Source of the DNA: Octopus vulgaris | Taxonomy: Eukaryota | Direction of reading: 5' to 3' | Assembly (NCBI GenBank): GCA_951406725.2 | Contig: OX597823.1 | Span: 30,256,001-30,320,000 of the forward strand | DNA length: 64,000 nucleotides | Shown here: positions 29,147 to 42,577 of the stretch, piece after piece | How positions within the stretch are numbered: position 1 is the stretch's first letter | How the letters are laid out: each line of letters starts with the position of its first letter | Program-made: the position numbers and the translations under genes | Notes under the pieces: model-generated | Databases searched by the model: none | What the model was told of the DNA's origin: nothing | The model's input: only the letters and a program-made list of their open reading frames with translations

Positions 29147-29398
29147 TTGCTGCTGCTGCTGTTGCTGTTGTTGTTGCTGCTGCTGCTGTTGTTGTTGTGG
29201 CTGCTGCTGCTGTTGTTGTTGTTGCTGCTGCTGTTGCTGCAGCTATTGTTGTTATTGTTGCTGCTGCCGGTGCTGGTGGTATTATTGCTGCTACTGCTGT
29301 TGCTGCTGCTGCTTCTGCTACTGCTGCTGCTGCCGTTGTTGTTGCTGTTGCTGCTGCTATTGTTGTTGTTGCTGCTGCTTCTGCTACTGCTGTTGTTT

Positions 29399-29428
<30 letters not shown>
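28889..29428. repeat. Cryptic trinucleotide repeat (GTT/GCT mix)
   Basis: Direct inspection. Explains the poly-L and poly-A/V ORFs. Confidence 0.95.
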
Positions 29429-29429
<1 letters not shown>

Positions 29430-29707
29430 CTATTTAGGCCCTTCCTAATTGCATTCATATCTAAGCATGTCAGAGTCTTATGCATAAAACTAATTCTTTT
29501 GCCATTTTGTGTGAAGCTGGTTTTACTTAATTTTCTTCCCTTTCCATAAGTTTATTCTTTTTTTCTTTCTTTCGATATCAATTTCTGCTTCATTTACTTC
29601 CCTTCCTCTCTTCCACCATTCTAATTTGATATTTCATCATTATTTTATTTTCATCATCATCATCATCATCGTCCTCATCATCATCATCGTCCTCATCATC
29701 ATCATCG

Positions 29708-29756
<49 letters not shown>

Positions 29757-29975
29757 TAATATCATCATCATAGCGAACAGTGTCTCCAAATGTCCAATAA
29801 CCACCGGTAATGCCAGATAATTGTAACTTATTATTTAACTTCTTATTATTGGTTTCAAATGTTGGCACAAGGCCAGCAATTTCGAGGGAGGGGGTAAGTC
29901 GAAATGTTGAAGAGCAAAATCGACCTCGGCGGATTTTGAACTCAGAACGTAAAAACGGACGAAATCCCGCCAGCT

Positions 29976-30504
29976 AATTTTTTTCCCACGAGAGTTCCAG
30001 ACTCCAATAATGAACTCATTTGCATACAGCCAATCAGAGCTCACTTTAGACCTTGTTGTCAAGTTAATAAACACACACTACCAAGCAAACTCAAGACGAA
30101 GAACGGTGTTGTAAGTCGACCGATCGCTAAGTTATGCCTAAAGCAATTAGATAGATTTGCATCTATACCTATTATCAGATTTTGTTAGGGCCCCCATATG
30201 GTAAAGATGTGGATGGGAAAATGTGGGTAGAGGGTGATGTGCTAGCAGCCCTCACCCCTTACTGTTTTAGAAAGTAAACAACAACACAAATAACTACGCA
30301 GAGGTAGCCATGGTTGGAACAAGAACAAGAACAACAAGCATTATTAAAAGAGAAAAGAAGCATGGTCATTCCTTACCCGAGTGACCTTATCTTATCGCCC
30401 ACCAGTTGTTATGCGCTCATAAATCAGTTTGATAGTTAAGATCTGATTGGGTGCATGCAAATGAGTTCATTACTGGGGTCCGGAACTCTCGTGGGGAAAA
30501 AATT
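29976..30504. mobile_element. MITE-like element with ~63-bp TIRs inserted into a SINE A
   Basis: 29976-30038 is inverted relative to 30442-30504. SINE A halves lie on either side (29850-29970 and 30515-30560). Confidence 0.7.
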
Positions 30505-31354
30505 TCGCATCTCACCAAACATTTTGTCCGGAGCGCTAACGATTCTCTCAGCTCGCCACCTGATAACTTATAGTAACTTGATGAACCCATCCGCAAAAAA
30601 AAAAACAAAAAACCAAAAAAAAACCAGAAACGCAAGTCTCATGTTTCATACATATTTTTCTTCCTGTTCTTATGCTTAAATTTACAAATCTCCATAACAT
30701 CATTTTATCATGTAAAAAATACTAATTCTGTTTCTGATTTCTTTCCATAGTTGAGACGCAACATTTGAACGTTCTTCATTATGTTAATGAAGACGACATA
30801 ATCGAAACATTTAACGTAATGGAGAACGTTCGAGTGTGAACGAAATATGTCGTCGATTTTGTTCCTTAGATTCTTTAAAGTATATCACTTGAGATATGCT
30901 ACGGATACCAATTAAGTCTCCGATTTCTTTCTTGACAGCACAACACTCGAACGTTCCGATTGTGTATCCAGTTTGTTCCATAGCAAAGTTCTTCCACGCA
31001 TAACAAGCCAAGTATTTTACTACGCAAGAGATTTTGATTATGTCTCCGATTTCGTTCCACAGTTAACAGTCGAACTAGATTAATTAAATTATGTCTCCGA
31101 TTTTGTTCCGTAGTTAAAATAGCTTAAAACGGAACAGTCGAACTAGTTTCTAATTATCATGTATGTCTCCGATTTCTTTACTAAATTGCTTAAAGCGTGA
31201 CACAGAATGTTAACGATTTCAATTCTGCCTTCGGTTTTTATTCTATACTTAAGATTGTTTAATGTGTAACGCATATTCGCTTCATCATGTTAAAAATATC
31301 GATCACATCTTCGATTTCGATTTTATTTTTAACTGTTTGGTGTGAAAGTGGGTG

Positions 31355-31504
31355 GGTGGGTAGTAAATAGCTTGCTTACCAACCACATGGTTCCGGGTTC
31401 AATCCCAATGCGTGGCACCTTGGGCAAGTGTCTTCTACTATAGCCTCGGGCTGACCAAGCCATGTTAGCGGATTTGGTAGACGGAAACTGAAAGAAACCC
31501 GACG

Positions 31505-31558
<54 letters not shown>

Positions 31559-31745
31559 TCCCGTCAACATCGCTTGACAACCGATGCTGGTATGTTTACG
31601 GCCACGTCACTTAGCGATTCGGCAAAAAGACTCCGATAGAATAAGTACTAGGCTTACAAAGAATAAGTCATGGGGTCGATTTGCTCGAGTAAAGGTGGTG
31701 CTCCAGCATGGTCGCAGTCAGATGACTGAAATAAGTAAAGAGAGA
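31355..31745 (+). mobile_element. SINE family B
   Basis: Head, core, (TG)n and tail all present. Confidence 0.9.
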
Positions 31746-32780
31746 GTGCTCGTGCCCTTTACTATGGTAGATCAACACGTACATGAAAGACACGAACTGG
31801 GAGAAGCGGTGTTTTGAGAAGGAAGAGTTAGCGTTAGTGCTTTGTATAAAGCCGAGGAAGTAAAGAGACGGGAGGGTAAAGGAGATGTGGGGGTCAGATT
31901 ACCTGAGTGGTGGAGCCACATAGCTATGTAACATATTGGGGGAGAACCTCTTCGGTTACGAATGACCGTGGAATTTGCATCTAGAAAGTTCCCCTCCAAG
32001 GCACGAGTCTGGGCATAGTTGTTTATGGAAAACCTGTAGTCGCCTATGCATAAAAGCCTCCCCTCTCCATGCCACCGATGTTATCCAGAGGCAGAGGCTG
32101 ATATAGCTTAGAGCTAGTGATTTCGCACTGGTGCCATTTCTACAACCGTGTGAACAGGAGCAACTTGAAATAAAGTGTCTTGCTCAAGAAGACAATACAT
32201 AGCCCGGTCCAGTAATCGAACAACCTCACGATTGTAAATCCGACGCTTTAACCACTGAGCATCCTCACAGGGTGACATGTTATATGCTAAGTAGATGAAT
32301 AAAATATTGTTTTTAATATGGGTTTATAAGGCCTGAAATTATGTGCTGGGGTAGATAAGTTGATAAAATCACCATCAGTACCTAATTGACGCTTTATATT
32401 TATCGATCACCGAGGAACGAAAGGCAAAGTTGACCTCGTTAGGATTTGAACTCAGACTGAAAACAGTCGTCGAAGATAGGAGATAGGGAGGAATAGAAGA
32501 GAAGAAATGAAGGTAACCCAAACGGAAAATGATTAGAAATAAAAGAGAAACAATAAAAACCACCAAAGTTCAACAAAATAACAATACAAAAACCCACAAT
32601 TTCAATGTTCAATACACACACACACGCACACACATACACACATACATGTATACATGAGTGTGGGGTGTCTGTGTGCGCGCTTGCGTTATATATGTATGTA
32701 AGTATAAAGTAAAAAGCATTCTCACATTAAACGACACTTTATATATTAAACTGATTTACTAAAAGATGAATGCTGGATAT

Positions 32781-32827
32781 CTATCACTGAGGAGCCCATA
32801 GCGGACTGAAATCATGTGATCTGCCAG
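32781..32827 (+). ncRNA. Degenerate hammerhead-like motif
   Basis: ctatca-CTGAGGA-gcccatagcggact-GAAA-tcatgtga-TC-tgccag. Core intact, stems I and II mismatched. Confidence 0.35.
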
Positions 32828-33404
32828 TGCCGGCGGCCGTTGCAGACGATTCTTGTTTATCAACGATATAAATACGAGTGATTTTACGCACCATGAGTCC
32901 TTATGAGAGATCTCCTCGAGGTAAATAACGCACCTAATAGAGGTTTTCGAATACAACATCCAAGTGAAGTAGATCAGAATCACCCTGTTTTTCTTTAGTT
33001 CCCCAAAAATTTCTTCGTCGCCATATTATTTTGATTAGAATACTTAATAGCATACAAATATATTTTAAAGCCGCTATATTAGTTTATTTTTAATTATTTA
33101 TCTTTGTTTTTGTTTTTTAATTAATAACGCTCACGCTTGTAAACAAATATATTTAAATTCAGTCTTACTTGATATGTGATTCTGAATATACATTAAAAAA
33201 TTTTACTGTGGAGATTCTTAGCCAGAAAACAATGAATTTTTATAATTTTATTATGGTCAACAATTGAAACATTTGTTTGTGATCTATATTTAATATTTAT
33301 TACTTATTATATTGTAATATCTTGTATTGTGTTATATTATTATAAGAATATAATATAATATATTATGGTAATAAATTTTAAATTTTAAGTTTTGAATTGC
33401 CAAT

Positions 33405-34858
33405 TGAAATGCCAGTACACCGCTGCCAAGACGCCTCAGAACAAGTCTGGCATACAATTGTAAAACTCGTAGGGCAGACCATCCAGACCCGGCGATTTGT
33501 CTCTCGAGCATCCTGCCATCGCATCCCTCACTTCCGACGCCGTGATGGCACCTTTGCAGCACTCTTCCTCTCTTGCCGAGAGTCGTGGCAGGCTGTGCAG
33601 GTAGGCACTGAAGTCCACCCTGCGTTCACGATCACCACTCTTCCCGTACAGTCGGGCAAAATGCCGCTGAAATGCCTCGCACATTTTGCTGGGCACGAGC
33701 AATTCGCGTCCTTGTTAGTCTAACAGAGACCGAATGGTGGCTTTGTTGACCTGCGGCGCCTCCGCCACCCGGGCCTCTCTCGCGGCTCCAACACCTTCCA
33801 TCCTTAGAGCACGCATCCTAGCCCTGACAGCACACCCTTCGTGTTTTGCGTTGAAGTGTTGGTCGAGGGTCAACCTCGCCGCCAAAACGTCGGATGCCGC
33901 TTCTTATTGCCTCTTCTAACTTCTTAACTAACTCACCCTCTACTCTAATTCTATCTACGGCTAGTGCCTTACTATATCTTATTGCTTCTACTTTTACTGC
34001 TCTCTTGAGGGCGAACCACCATTTGTTGTTGACAATGGTTCCCATCAAAGCCCTCTTTACTAACGTGCTGATTCTGTCTCTGAAAACCTGTCTGGACGGG
34101 AAAGATGCGTTTAATTTCCAGTAACCGGGACTCTGCCTATGTGCCTTATCTAAGTCTAGCGTACACGTCACGAATTTGTGATCCGTGTAGCTGACTGTGT
34201 GGAATTTTGGACATCCTAAACTATCCCTATCTACTGTCCTACACAGTATCCTATCTAGATACGATCTCGACGACCCACTGCGGTTGCTCCATGTCTACGT
34301 TGGTGCATTTTGGTGGTCGAGTCGGTACCTGTCAGACAGCTGGAATCGCCTGAGCCACTCTCTGAGGCATTTGCATTCCCGTCTGTTTTTGTCTCTCCCC
34401 ACATAGTCTAGATGCGTGTCCAAGGTAGCATTCCAATCCCCCACTAAAAGTAAAGGACGAGACGTTCCCAGGAATACTTCTAGACGTCGAAAGAAGTCCG
34501 GCCGACCTGTTAAAGGTGGTGCATAGACTGCTAGGAGTCGAAAAGCGCACTCATGGCTGCCGTCGACATCCAGGACAACCAGCCTACCCTCCGGGTCTAT
34601 GAATATCGTCTTGACATTGAGATCCAGACTCTTGTGAAAAAGTACTGCCGTGCCACTACCGCTCATCCTCAGCAGACAGGGAGAAAAATAAATGTTAAGC
34701 TGTCCGCCAAACATGGACTTTAGGGCCCGTGGTTCATGGAGTCTGGTCTCACTTATGGCTATGATTCCCAAATCGTGTGACTTGATGTCATTTAGGAGGT
34801 ACCCTTGTTTCCAAGGAGACCCCAAGCCACGCGCATTCACACAACCAATCTTGACCAT
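33405..34858 (-). pseudogene. L1/Tx1-type ORF2 N-terminal part (APE endonuclease and linker), truncated at the start of the RT
   Basis: CVNARGL, AISETRL, AVYAP, VGDWNA, SYLDRI, TDH, GYWKLN and KSPGLDGLPYEFY. Stop at 34295, frameshift near 33895. Confidence 0.92.
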
Positions 34859-34936
34859 GATCCTATTGAGATGTGTGCTTTAAAAACACAAAAAGAAAGG
34901 TACAGAGAGTACACTGATGCGTCTTGGAGAAGGTTT

Positions 34937-37071
34937 TTATAAAGTTTTTTCGATAAGTATTTTTGCCCCCCCCCCCAACCACATTTGGAAAGAGGGCTTT
35001 GAGTGTGTGGTGTTGTGTTTGTGTGATGTGTAGTATCTTGATGTGTTTCGGTGGTGTAGTGCGTGGATGGTTGTTAGTTTTGAAATCATCTTCACAGATG
35101 CTTGTGTGGCTGTGATGTACTCCATTAGTTTTGAGTTTTTTGTGTCTATCGCAGATAGCATTGTGTGTGTTTTTGTGGTGTTGGTGCTGGTTTGGTTGTG
35201 CAAGGGGCTTTCAGGGTTTACATATCTGCCTGCTTTGGTTGCAGTTGCTTGTTTGTTTTTTTATCTTTTTCTTTTACCTCCGGTGGCTATTTGCCATTCT
35301 GTTGCGCTTTCATCGTTATACGAAATGTCTGACGAATCAGAAAGGGGTAAGGGCAAAGCATCTGGATCTGTTTGTGTGATTGTAGGTATTATTGTGGTGT
35401 GTGGTGTGTGTGTTGTTGAGTGATTTGGGAGTAATAATTGTCTCTTCTTCTGGGTGCTTGTCTTCTTGGTAGTTATTCTTGGTGTTGGAGTTGGCTTATC
35501 TTTAGTTGTTGTTGTTAGTGGTGTTCTTTCTGTTCTTGGCGCAGGTGGTGGTGTTGTTTGGTTGGGTTGGTTCGTTCGTGGTTGCTTTTCTTGCATTTCC
35601 GTGTATAGCTGCTTGATCAGTCGTGCATACTGTGATGTGGGTAACAATGCTGGCTTTTTTGGTTTTTCCTGTGGCTATTGTTGTTGTTGTTGTTGTTGTT
35701 TCGCGGCAGATTTGCAATCCTTTTTAAGGTATGCTTCACTGCCGCATATATAGCAGCGTGGTCGTCTGCCCTCGACCACTACATACAATTTGTGGTCTTC
35801 CGATAGATGTATATGGGTGGGTATTGTATTTATGGAGCCTTGATTAATCTGGAGAAGAATCTCCAGTCTCTTTCCCACACAGTTTTTCTGTTCTGAAACA
35901 GCAATTTGTAGGCTATTTACATCCGCCATTTCGACACATATGGCTGATGTTACCCATAGTGTGTCTGCTATTGGAGGAACATTGTTGATTATAACTTTTG
36001 TTACCCTCTGACCAAGGTAGCTGGGTATCAATATTAGGTCGTCTGAATGAAGAGTTAGCGTTGAGAATTGTTTTGCTAACTTTTCATTTTGAAATACCAC
36101 ATGTACATGAGCAAACTTGTGCCACCAAGTCACATACTCTTTGCACCCCCAAATAGGGCGAAGGCATTTTTCAATTTTGTCTGTATTTGCTTTTTTTTGA
36201 CTTTTGGTTGTGCTGTTTATTATTTTATATATAATTGTTTTGTTTTTTTGCGTCATCTAGTATATGTTGTGGTACATTTAATGCTTTTGTATCTTTTATC
36301 TGCTGTGCAGTAAACGATACTATTGTCTTTTTTGTTTTATCGCCTCGGCGAAATTTGTTGTTATTTTGTTATTGTTGTTGCTGGTGGTGGTGTTGGTGGC
36401 AGATGCGACAGTTGTTGGTACATTTGGTGTATGGTTGTTGATTGTGTAACTAGGAAGCGGTGGAAAATTGTTTACATAATTTGCCCCAACGTTTGAACAA
36501 ATTTTGGCAATTCGTTTGGTGGCCGCGACTTTTTCTTTCTCTCCTTCAGTTGTTGGTGGTGGCAAAGGCTGGAGGGAATTGTTGTTATTGTTGTTATTGT
36601 CGTTCTTGGTGGTGGCGGTGGTATCGGTAGCAGGGGAGGCAGCCGTAGCAGCAGATATTGAAGTGGTGGCGTTGGTATTGACGATATGGTCTTCGGTGGC
36701 GGTGATGGTGAATGGCCTTGCGACCTTGGTTTTGTTGTTGTTGTTGCTGTTGTCGTTGGTGATGGTGTCGGTAGCAGAAGAAGCAGTTGTATAGCCGAAG
36801 CCGCCGTGGTGGTGGTGTCGGTGTTGATGGTGGAGTCATTGGTGGAAGTGATGGTGGATGGCCTGGGGACCTTGGTTTTGTTGTTGTTGCTGTTGTTGAT
36901 GCTGATGGTGGTGGTGGTGGTGGAGTTAGTGGCCAGGTTCAACGAATAGTGGCGGGAAACCTTGCCCTTTTGTTTCTGTGGCTTTGCTGGCGTCACGCTT
37001 GACTTGCGCGCTGGCTTTGTGGTGACCAGTAACGATTTTTGAAAATAAATATGGCTAAAATCAAACCACAA
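34937..37071 (-). pseudogene. L1/Tx1-type ORF1 (Thr/Pro-rich low complexity, RRM-like part, zinc knuckle), disrupted
   Basis: VVVEGRRPRCYICGSEAYLKKDC (CX2CX4[H>Y]X4C) in ORF 35675-36256. Lies directly upstream of ORF2 on the same strand. Confidence 0.75.
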
Positions 37072-37246
37072 ATCCTTTCAGAATTTTTTAAATTTTGCCC
37101 ACAAAGGGGCGAAATTTTGTGTGGATGTTAGTGAAGGTATGAGTTGGGTGTTGTACACCTTTTAGACATAAAATGTTTGACAATAAACGATTTTAAACGT
37201 AGAAAACGACCAGCTTACTTGGAGCCCATTTGACTTGCGTCCGTCC

Positions 37247-37355
<109 letters not shown>

Positions 37356-37373
37356 CATACATACATACATAAT

Positions 37374-37439
<66 letters not shown>

Positions 37440-37590
37440 CAATATCGTAAAGTGAGAATGAGTAACAAATACTGAATTGGTGTTGGGGACTCGTTTTTTA
37501 CCAACACGCTTAAACAATTGTGAAGATCCCTTCACATGAAGCCATTGTTTGCCTGTTAACCCACAAATAAAGCATGTGTATATGTATATG

Positions 37591-37648
<58 letters not shown>

Positions 37649-37731
37649 GGTCCCGGGTTGATTCGGGGTTAACCACAGTAAGTAAGGTACTCAATACATA
37701 GCAGAGTAAAATTAATTTATTATATAGAAGG

Positions 37732-37782
37732 AGCTTCTACAGGACTAGTACTGTTTCATTCAAGAGAAATCTTCAGGAAGCT
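37732..37782 (-). ncRNA. Type I hammerhead ribozyme (left tip of palindrome)
   Basis: agcttc-CTGAAGA-tttctcttgaat-GAAA-cag(tactagtc)ctg-TA-gaagct. Perfect 6-bp stem I, 3-bp stem II, GUA triplet. Confidence 0.8.
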
Positions 37783-38164
37783 ATTTAACAAGAATTGTAT
37801 TAGCATTTATACATTTAGGCAGGTTTAAAGGAGTGGTGGTGGGGGACTTTTTTGGGGGTAGGCATAGCGCAAAATATCATACTTGGGGGAGTGGTCAAGG
37901 AGTCAGTGGTAAGTTAGATGAAAGAATAGATAAATAAAAAAATAAAATAATAAAATTAAAAAAAAAAAATTAAAAAAAAAAATAAATAAATAAAAAAAAA
38001 AAATAATAAAATAATAAAATAATAAAAAATAAAAAATATATATAAAAAATATATATATAAAAAAATATATATATAAAAAAAGGGGGGATAGAGTTATAGG
38101 TAAATAAGGAGATTCTCACTTATACCTATACACATATGTATACGTATCTACACACATATATATA

Positions 38165-38206
<42 letters not shown>

Positions 38207-38518
38207 TATACATATATACACATATACATACATATCTACATACACACATACATACACCCGCCCACATATACAAATTTATACACATGCCCATGCATATACC
38301 TGTCTACACATACACACACGTATATATGCATACACTCACTCCCATGCATGCACGCATACACACATGTATATATATACACACGACCACACATACATATATA
38401 CACAGAAAAATATATATTCATACGCACATACACTCATGCACACACAACACACCTAGTTCCCTATATACACATATTTACACCTATATATACATACACCCAC
38501 ATACACATATGTACATAT

Positions 38519-38550
<32 letters not shown>

Positions 38551-38649
38551 CACGCATACATATATATACATGTGTGCACATACATACATATACACATATA
38601 CATACACACACACATACACATGTGTACCTATACATACCTACACATACAC

Positions 38650-38694
<45 letters not shown>

Positions 38695-39115
38695 CCAATA
38701 CAGGCCCATTCCCTAATTTTAATTTTATTATCTTCATTTATTACTTTTGTTATCTTTGATCGCTAGAGCTAAGGATCCTGGCTATGGCAGCATGTCCATT
38801 TGTCTGTCTACTAGAAGGCAAGTACTCATTCCCGCACGCACACTCATTAGCACGTACATTCACCCATTCGTACACTCATACACATACACGTACGCACGTG
38901 TTATATTCATACATACAAACATCTACATACGTTCACGTATATACACATACGTACTGTACCTACAGATCTGTGTCTACACTTTAGGAGGCTAGTCTATACA
39001 TATACACCAATAAACATACATATATATATATATATACACATATACATACACACACACACATATACTCCTACATACAGATACATACCTATATATATATACA
39101 TATATATACATATAT

Positions 39116-39153
<38 letters not shown>

Positions 39154-39356
39154 ATACATACACACACACACATATATACACACACATACATACATATATA
39201 TACATACACAAACATACATACACACATATATATATATATATATCACACATACACACACATACATACATATACACACAAACACATACATACGTATACATAC
39301 ATACATACATCCATACATCCATATTACATGTATTTATATGCATACACACACCCCCA

Positions 39357-39391
<35 letters not shown>

Positions 39392-39887
39392 TCACACATA
39401 CATATACAAATATACGCACACACATACATACATACATGTATACGCATACACGCACATACACATATACATGCGTACCCATACACGTGCACACACGCACGTG
39501 CATCCATATATATACACACACACACATATATACACGTGTGCAAGCATACATACATACTCATACACGCACACATACTTACATATACATATATGCACACACT
39601 TACACACATATATACATACACATATACATGCATACGTACATATATGCATACATACACATACACGCACATACACATATACATGCGTACCCATACACGTGCA
39701 CACACGCACGCGCATCCATATATATACACACACACATATATATGTGTGCAAGCATACATACATACTCATACACGCACACATACTTACATATACATATATG
39801 CACACACTTACACACATATATACATACACATATACATGCATACATACATATATGCATACATACACACACGCGCACTCATATATATAT

Positions 39888-39921
<34 letters not shown>

Positions 39922-40021
39922 CATATATACACATACATATACATACACACATACATATACATACACATACATGTGTATGTGTATGTGTATGTATATGTAT
40001 GTGTGTATGTATATGTGTGTA

Positions 40022-40077
<56 letters not shown>

Positions 40078-40566
40078 TGAGTGCGCGTGTGTGTATGTAT
40101 GCATATATGTATGTATGCATGTATATGTGTATGTATATATGTGTGTAAGTGTGTGCATATATGTATATGTAAGTATGTGTGCGTGTATGAGTATGTATGT
40201 ATGCTTGCACACGTATATATGTGTGTGTGTGTATATATATGGATGCGCGTGCGTGTGTGCACGTGTATGGGTACGCATGTATATGTGTATGTGCGTGTAT
40301 GTGTATGTATGCATATATGTACGTATGCATGTATATGTGTATGTATATATGTGTGTAAGTGTGTGCATATATGTATATGTAAGTATGTGTGCGTGTATGA
40401 GTATGTATGTATGCTTGCACACGTGTATATATGTGTGTGTGTGTATATATATGGATGCACGTGCGTGTGTGCACGTGTATGGGTACGCATGTATATGTGT
40501 ATGTGCGTGTATGCGTATACGTGTATGTATGTATGTGTGTGCGTATATTTGTATATGTATGTGTGA

Positions 40567-40605
<39 letters not shown>

Positions 40606-40823
40606 TGGGGGCGTGTGTATGCGTATAAATGCATGTAAGTATGGATGTATGGATGTATGTATGTATGTATGTATACGTATGTATGTGTTTGTGTGTATAT
40701 GTATGTATGTGTGTGTATGTGTGCATATATATATATATATATATGTGTGTATGTATGTTTGTGTATGTATATATATGTGTATGTATGTGTGTGTATATAT
40801 ATGTGTGTGTGTGTATGTATGTA

Positions 40824-40854
<31 letters not shown>

Positions 40855-41277
40855 ATATATGTATATATATGTATATATATATAGGTATGTATCTGTATGT
40901 AGGAGTATATGTGTGTGTGTGTATGTATATGTGTATATATATATATATATATGTATGTTTATTGGTGTATATGTATAGACTAGCCTCCTAAAGTGTAGAC
41001 ACGAATCTGTAGGTACGAGTACGTATGTGTATATACGTGAACGTATGTAGATGTTTGTATGTATGAATATAACGCGTGCGTACGTGTATGTGTATGAGTG
41101 TACGAATGGGTGAATGTACGTGCTAATGAGTGTGCGTGCGGGAATGAGTACTTGCCTTCTAGTAGACAGACAAATGGACATGCTGCCATAGCCAGGATCC
41201 TTAGCTCTAGCGATCAAAGATAACAAAAGTAATAAATGAAGATAATAAAATTAAAATTAGGAATGGGCCTGTATTGG

Positions 41278-41324
<47 letters not shown>

Positions 41325-41744
41325 GTGTATGTGTAGGTATGTATAGGTACACATGTGTATGTGTGTGTGTATGTATATGTGTATATGTATGTATGTGCAC
41401 ACATGTATATATATGTATGCGTGTATATGTATATATATATATGTACATATGTGTATGTGGGTGTATGTATATATAGGTGTAAATATGTGTATATAGGGAA
41501 CTAGGTGTGTTGTGTGTGCATGAGTGTATGTGCGTATGAATATATATTTTTCTGTGTATATATGTATGTGTGGTCGTGTGTATATATATACATGTGTGTA
41601 TGCGTGCATGCATGGGAGTGAGTGTATGCATATATACGTGTGTGTATGTGTAGACAGGTATATGCATGGGCATGTGTATAAATTTGTATATGTGGGCGGG
41701 TGTATGTATGTGTGTATGTAGATATGTATGTATATGTGTATATA

Positions 41745-41788
<44 letters not shown>

Positions 41789-42089
41789 TATATATATGTG
41801 TGTAGATACGTATACATGTGTGTATAGGTATAAGTGAGAATCTCCTTATTTACCTATAACTCTATCCCCCTTTTTTTATATATATATTTTTTTATATATA
41901 TATTTTTTATATATATTTTTTATTTTTTTTTTTTTTATTTATCTATTCTTTCATCTAACTTACCACTGACTCCTTGACCACTCCCCCAAGTATGATATTT
42001 TGCGCTATGCCAACCCCCAAAAAAGTCCCCCACCACCACTCCTTTAAACCTGCCTAAATGTATAAATGCTAATACAATTCTTGTTAAAT

Positions 42090-42140
42090 AGCTTCCTGAA
42101 GATTTCTCTTGAATGAAACAGTACTAGTCCTGTAGAAGCT
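42090..42140 (+). ncRNA. Type I hammerhead ribozyme (right tip of palindrome)
   Basis: Identical to the left copy. Predicted cleavage after 42134. aataaa lies 11 nt after the motif. Confidence 0.8.
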
Positions 42141-42184
42141 CCTTCTATATAATAAATATATATATATATATATATATATATTCT

Positions 42185-42577
42185 TTCTTTTATTTGTTTC
42201 AGTCAGTTGACTGTAGCCATGCTGGAGCACCGCCTCTAGTCGAGCAAATCGACCCCAGGACTTATTTTTTGTAAGCCTAGTACTTATTCTATCGATCTCT
42301 TTTGCCGAACCGCTAAGTTACAGGGACGTAAACACACCAGCATCGGTTGTCAAGCCATGTTGGGGAGACAAACACAGACACAGAAACATATACACATACA
42401 TACATATATATATACATATATACGAAGGGCTTCTTTCAGTTTCCGTCTACCAAATCCATTCACAAGGCTTTGGTCGGCCCGAGGCTATAGTAGAAGACAC
42501 TTGCCCAAGGTGCCATGCAGTGGGACTGAACCCTGTGGTTGGTAAGCAAGCGACATACCACACAGCCACTCCTGCGC
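42185..42577 (-). mobile_element. SINE family B, full length
   Basis: Head gcgcaggagtggctgtgtggta on the minus strand, core and tail. Confidence 0.9.

Larger units (their letters stand above)
37715..42157. repeat. ~4.4-kb near-spacerless palindrome centred near 39971
   Basis: Unique blocks 37715-37935/41935-42157, 38085-38130/41822-41870 and 38694-39012/40960-41280 are mirrored. ORFs 38747+ and 39808-41226- start with the same peptide. Confidence 0.93.

Noticed and set aside
28931-29448. Poly-Leu, poly-Ala/Val and reverse-strand poly-Gln ORFs
   Set aside because: Trinucleotide repeat with no flanking coding context or splice signals.
38136-41817. Long ORFs of up to 546 aa rich in Y/I/H/T/C/V
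   Set aside because: Translations of CA/TA low-complexity DNA that lacks stop codons. They are open in several frames on both strands and show no domain.
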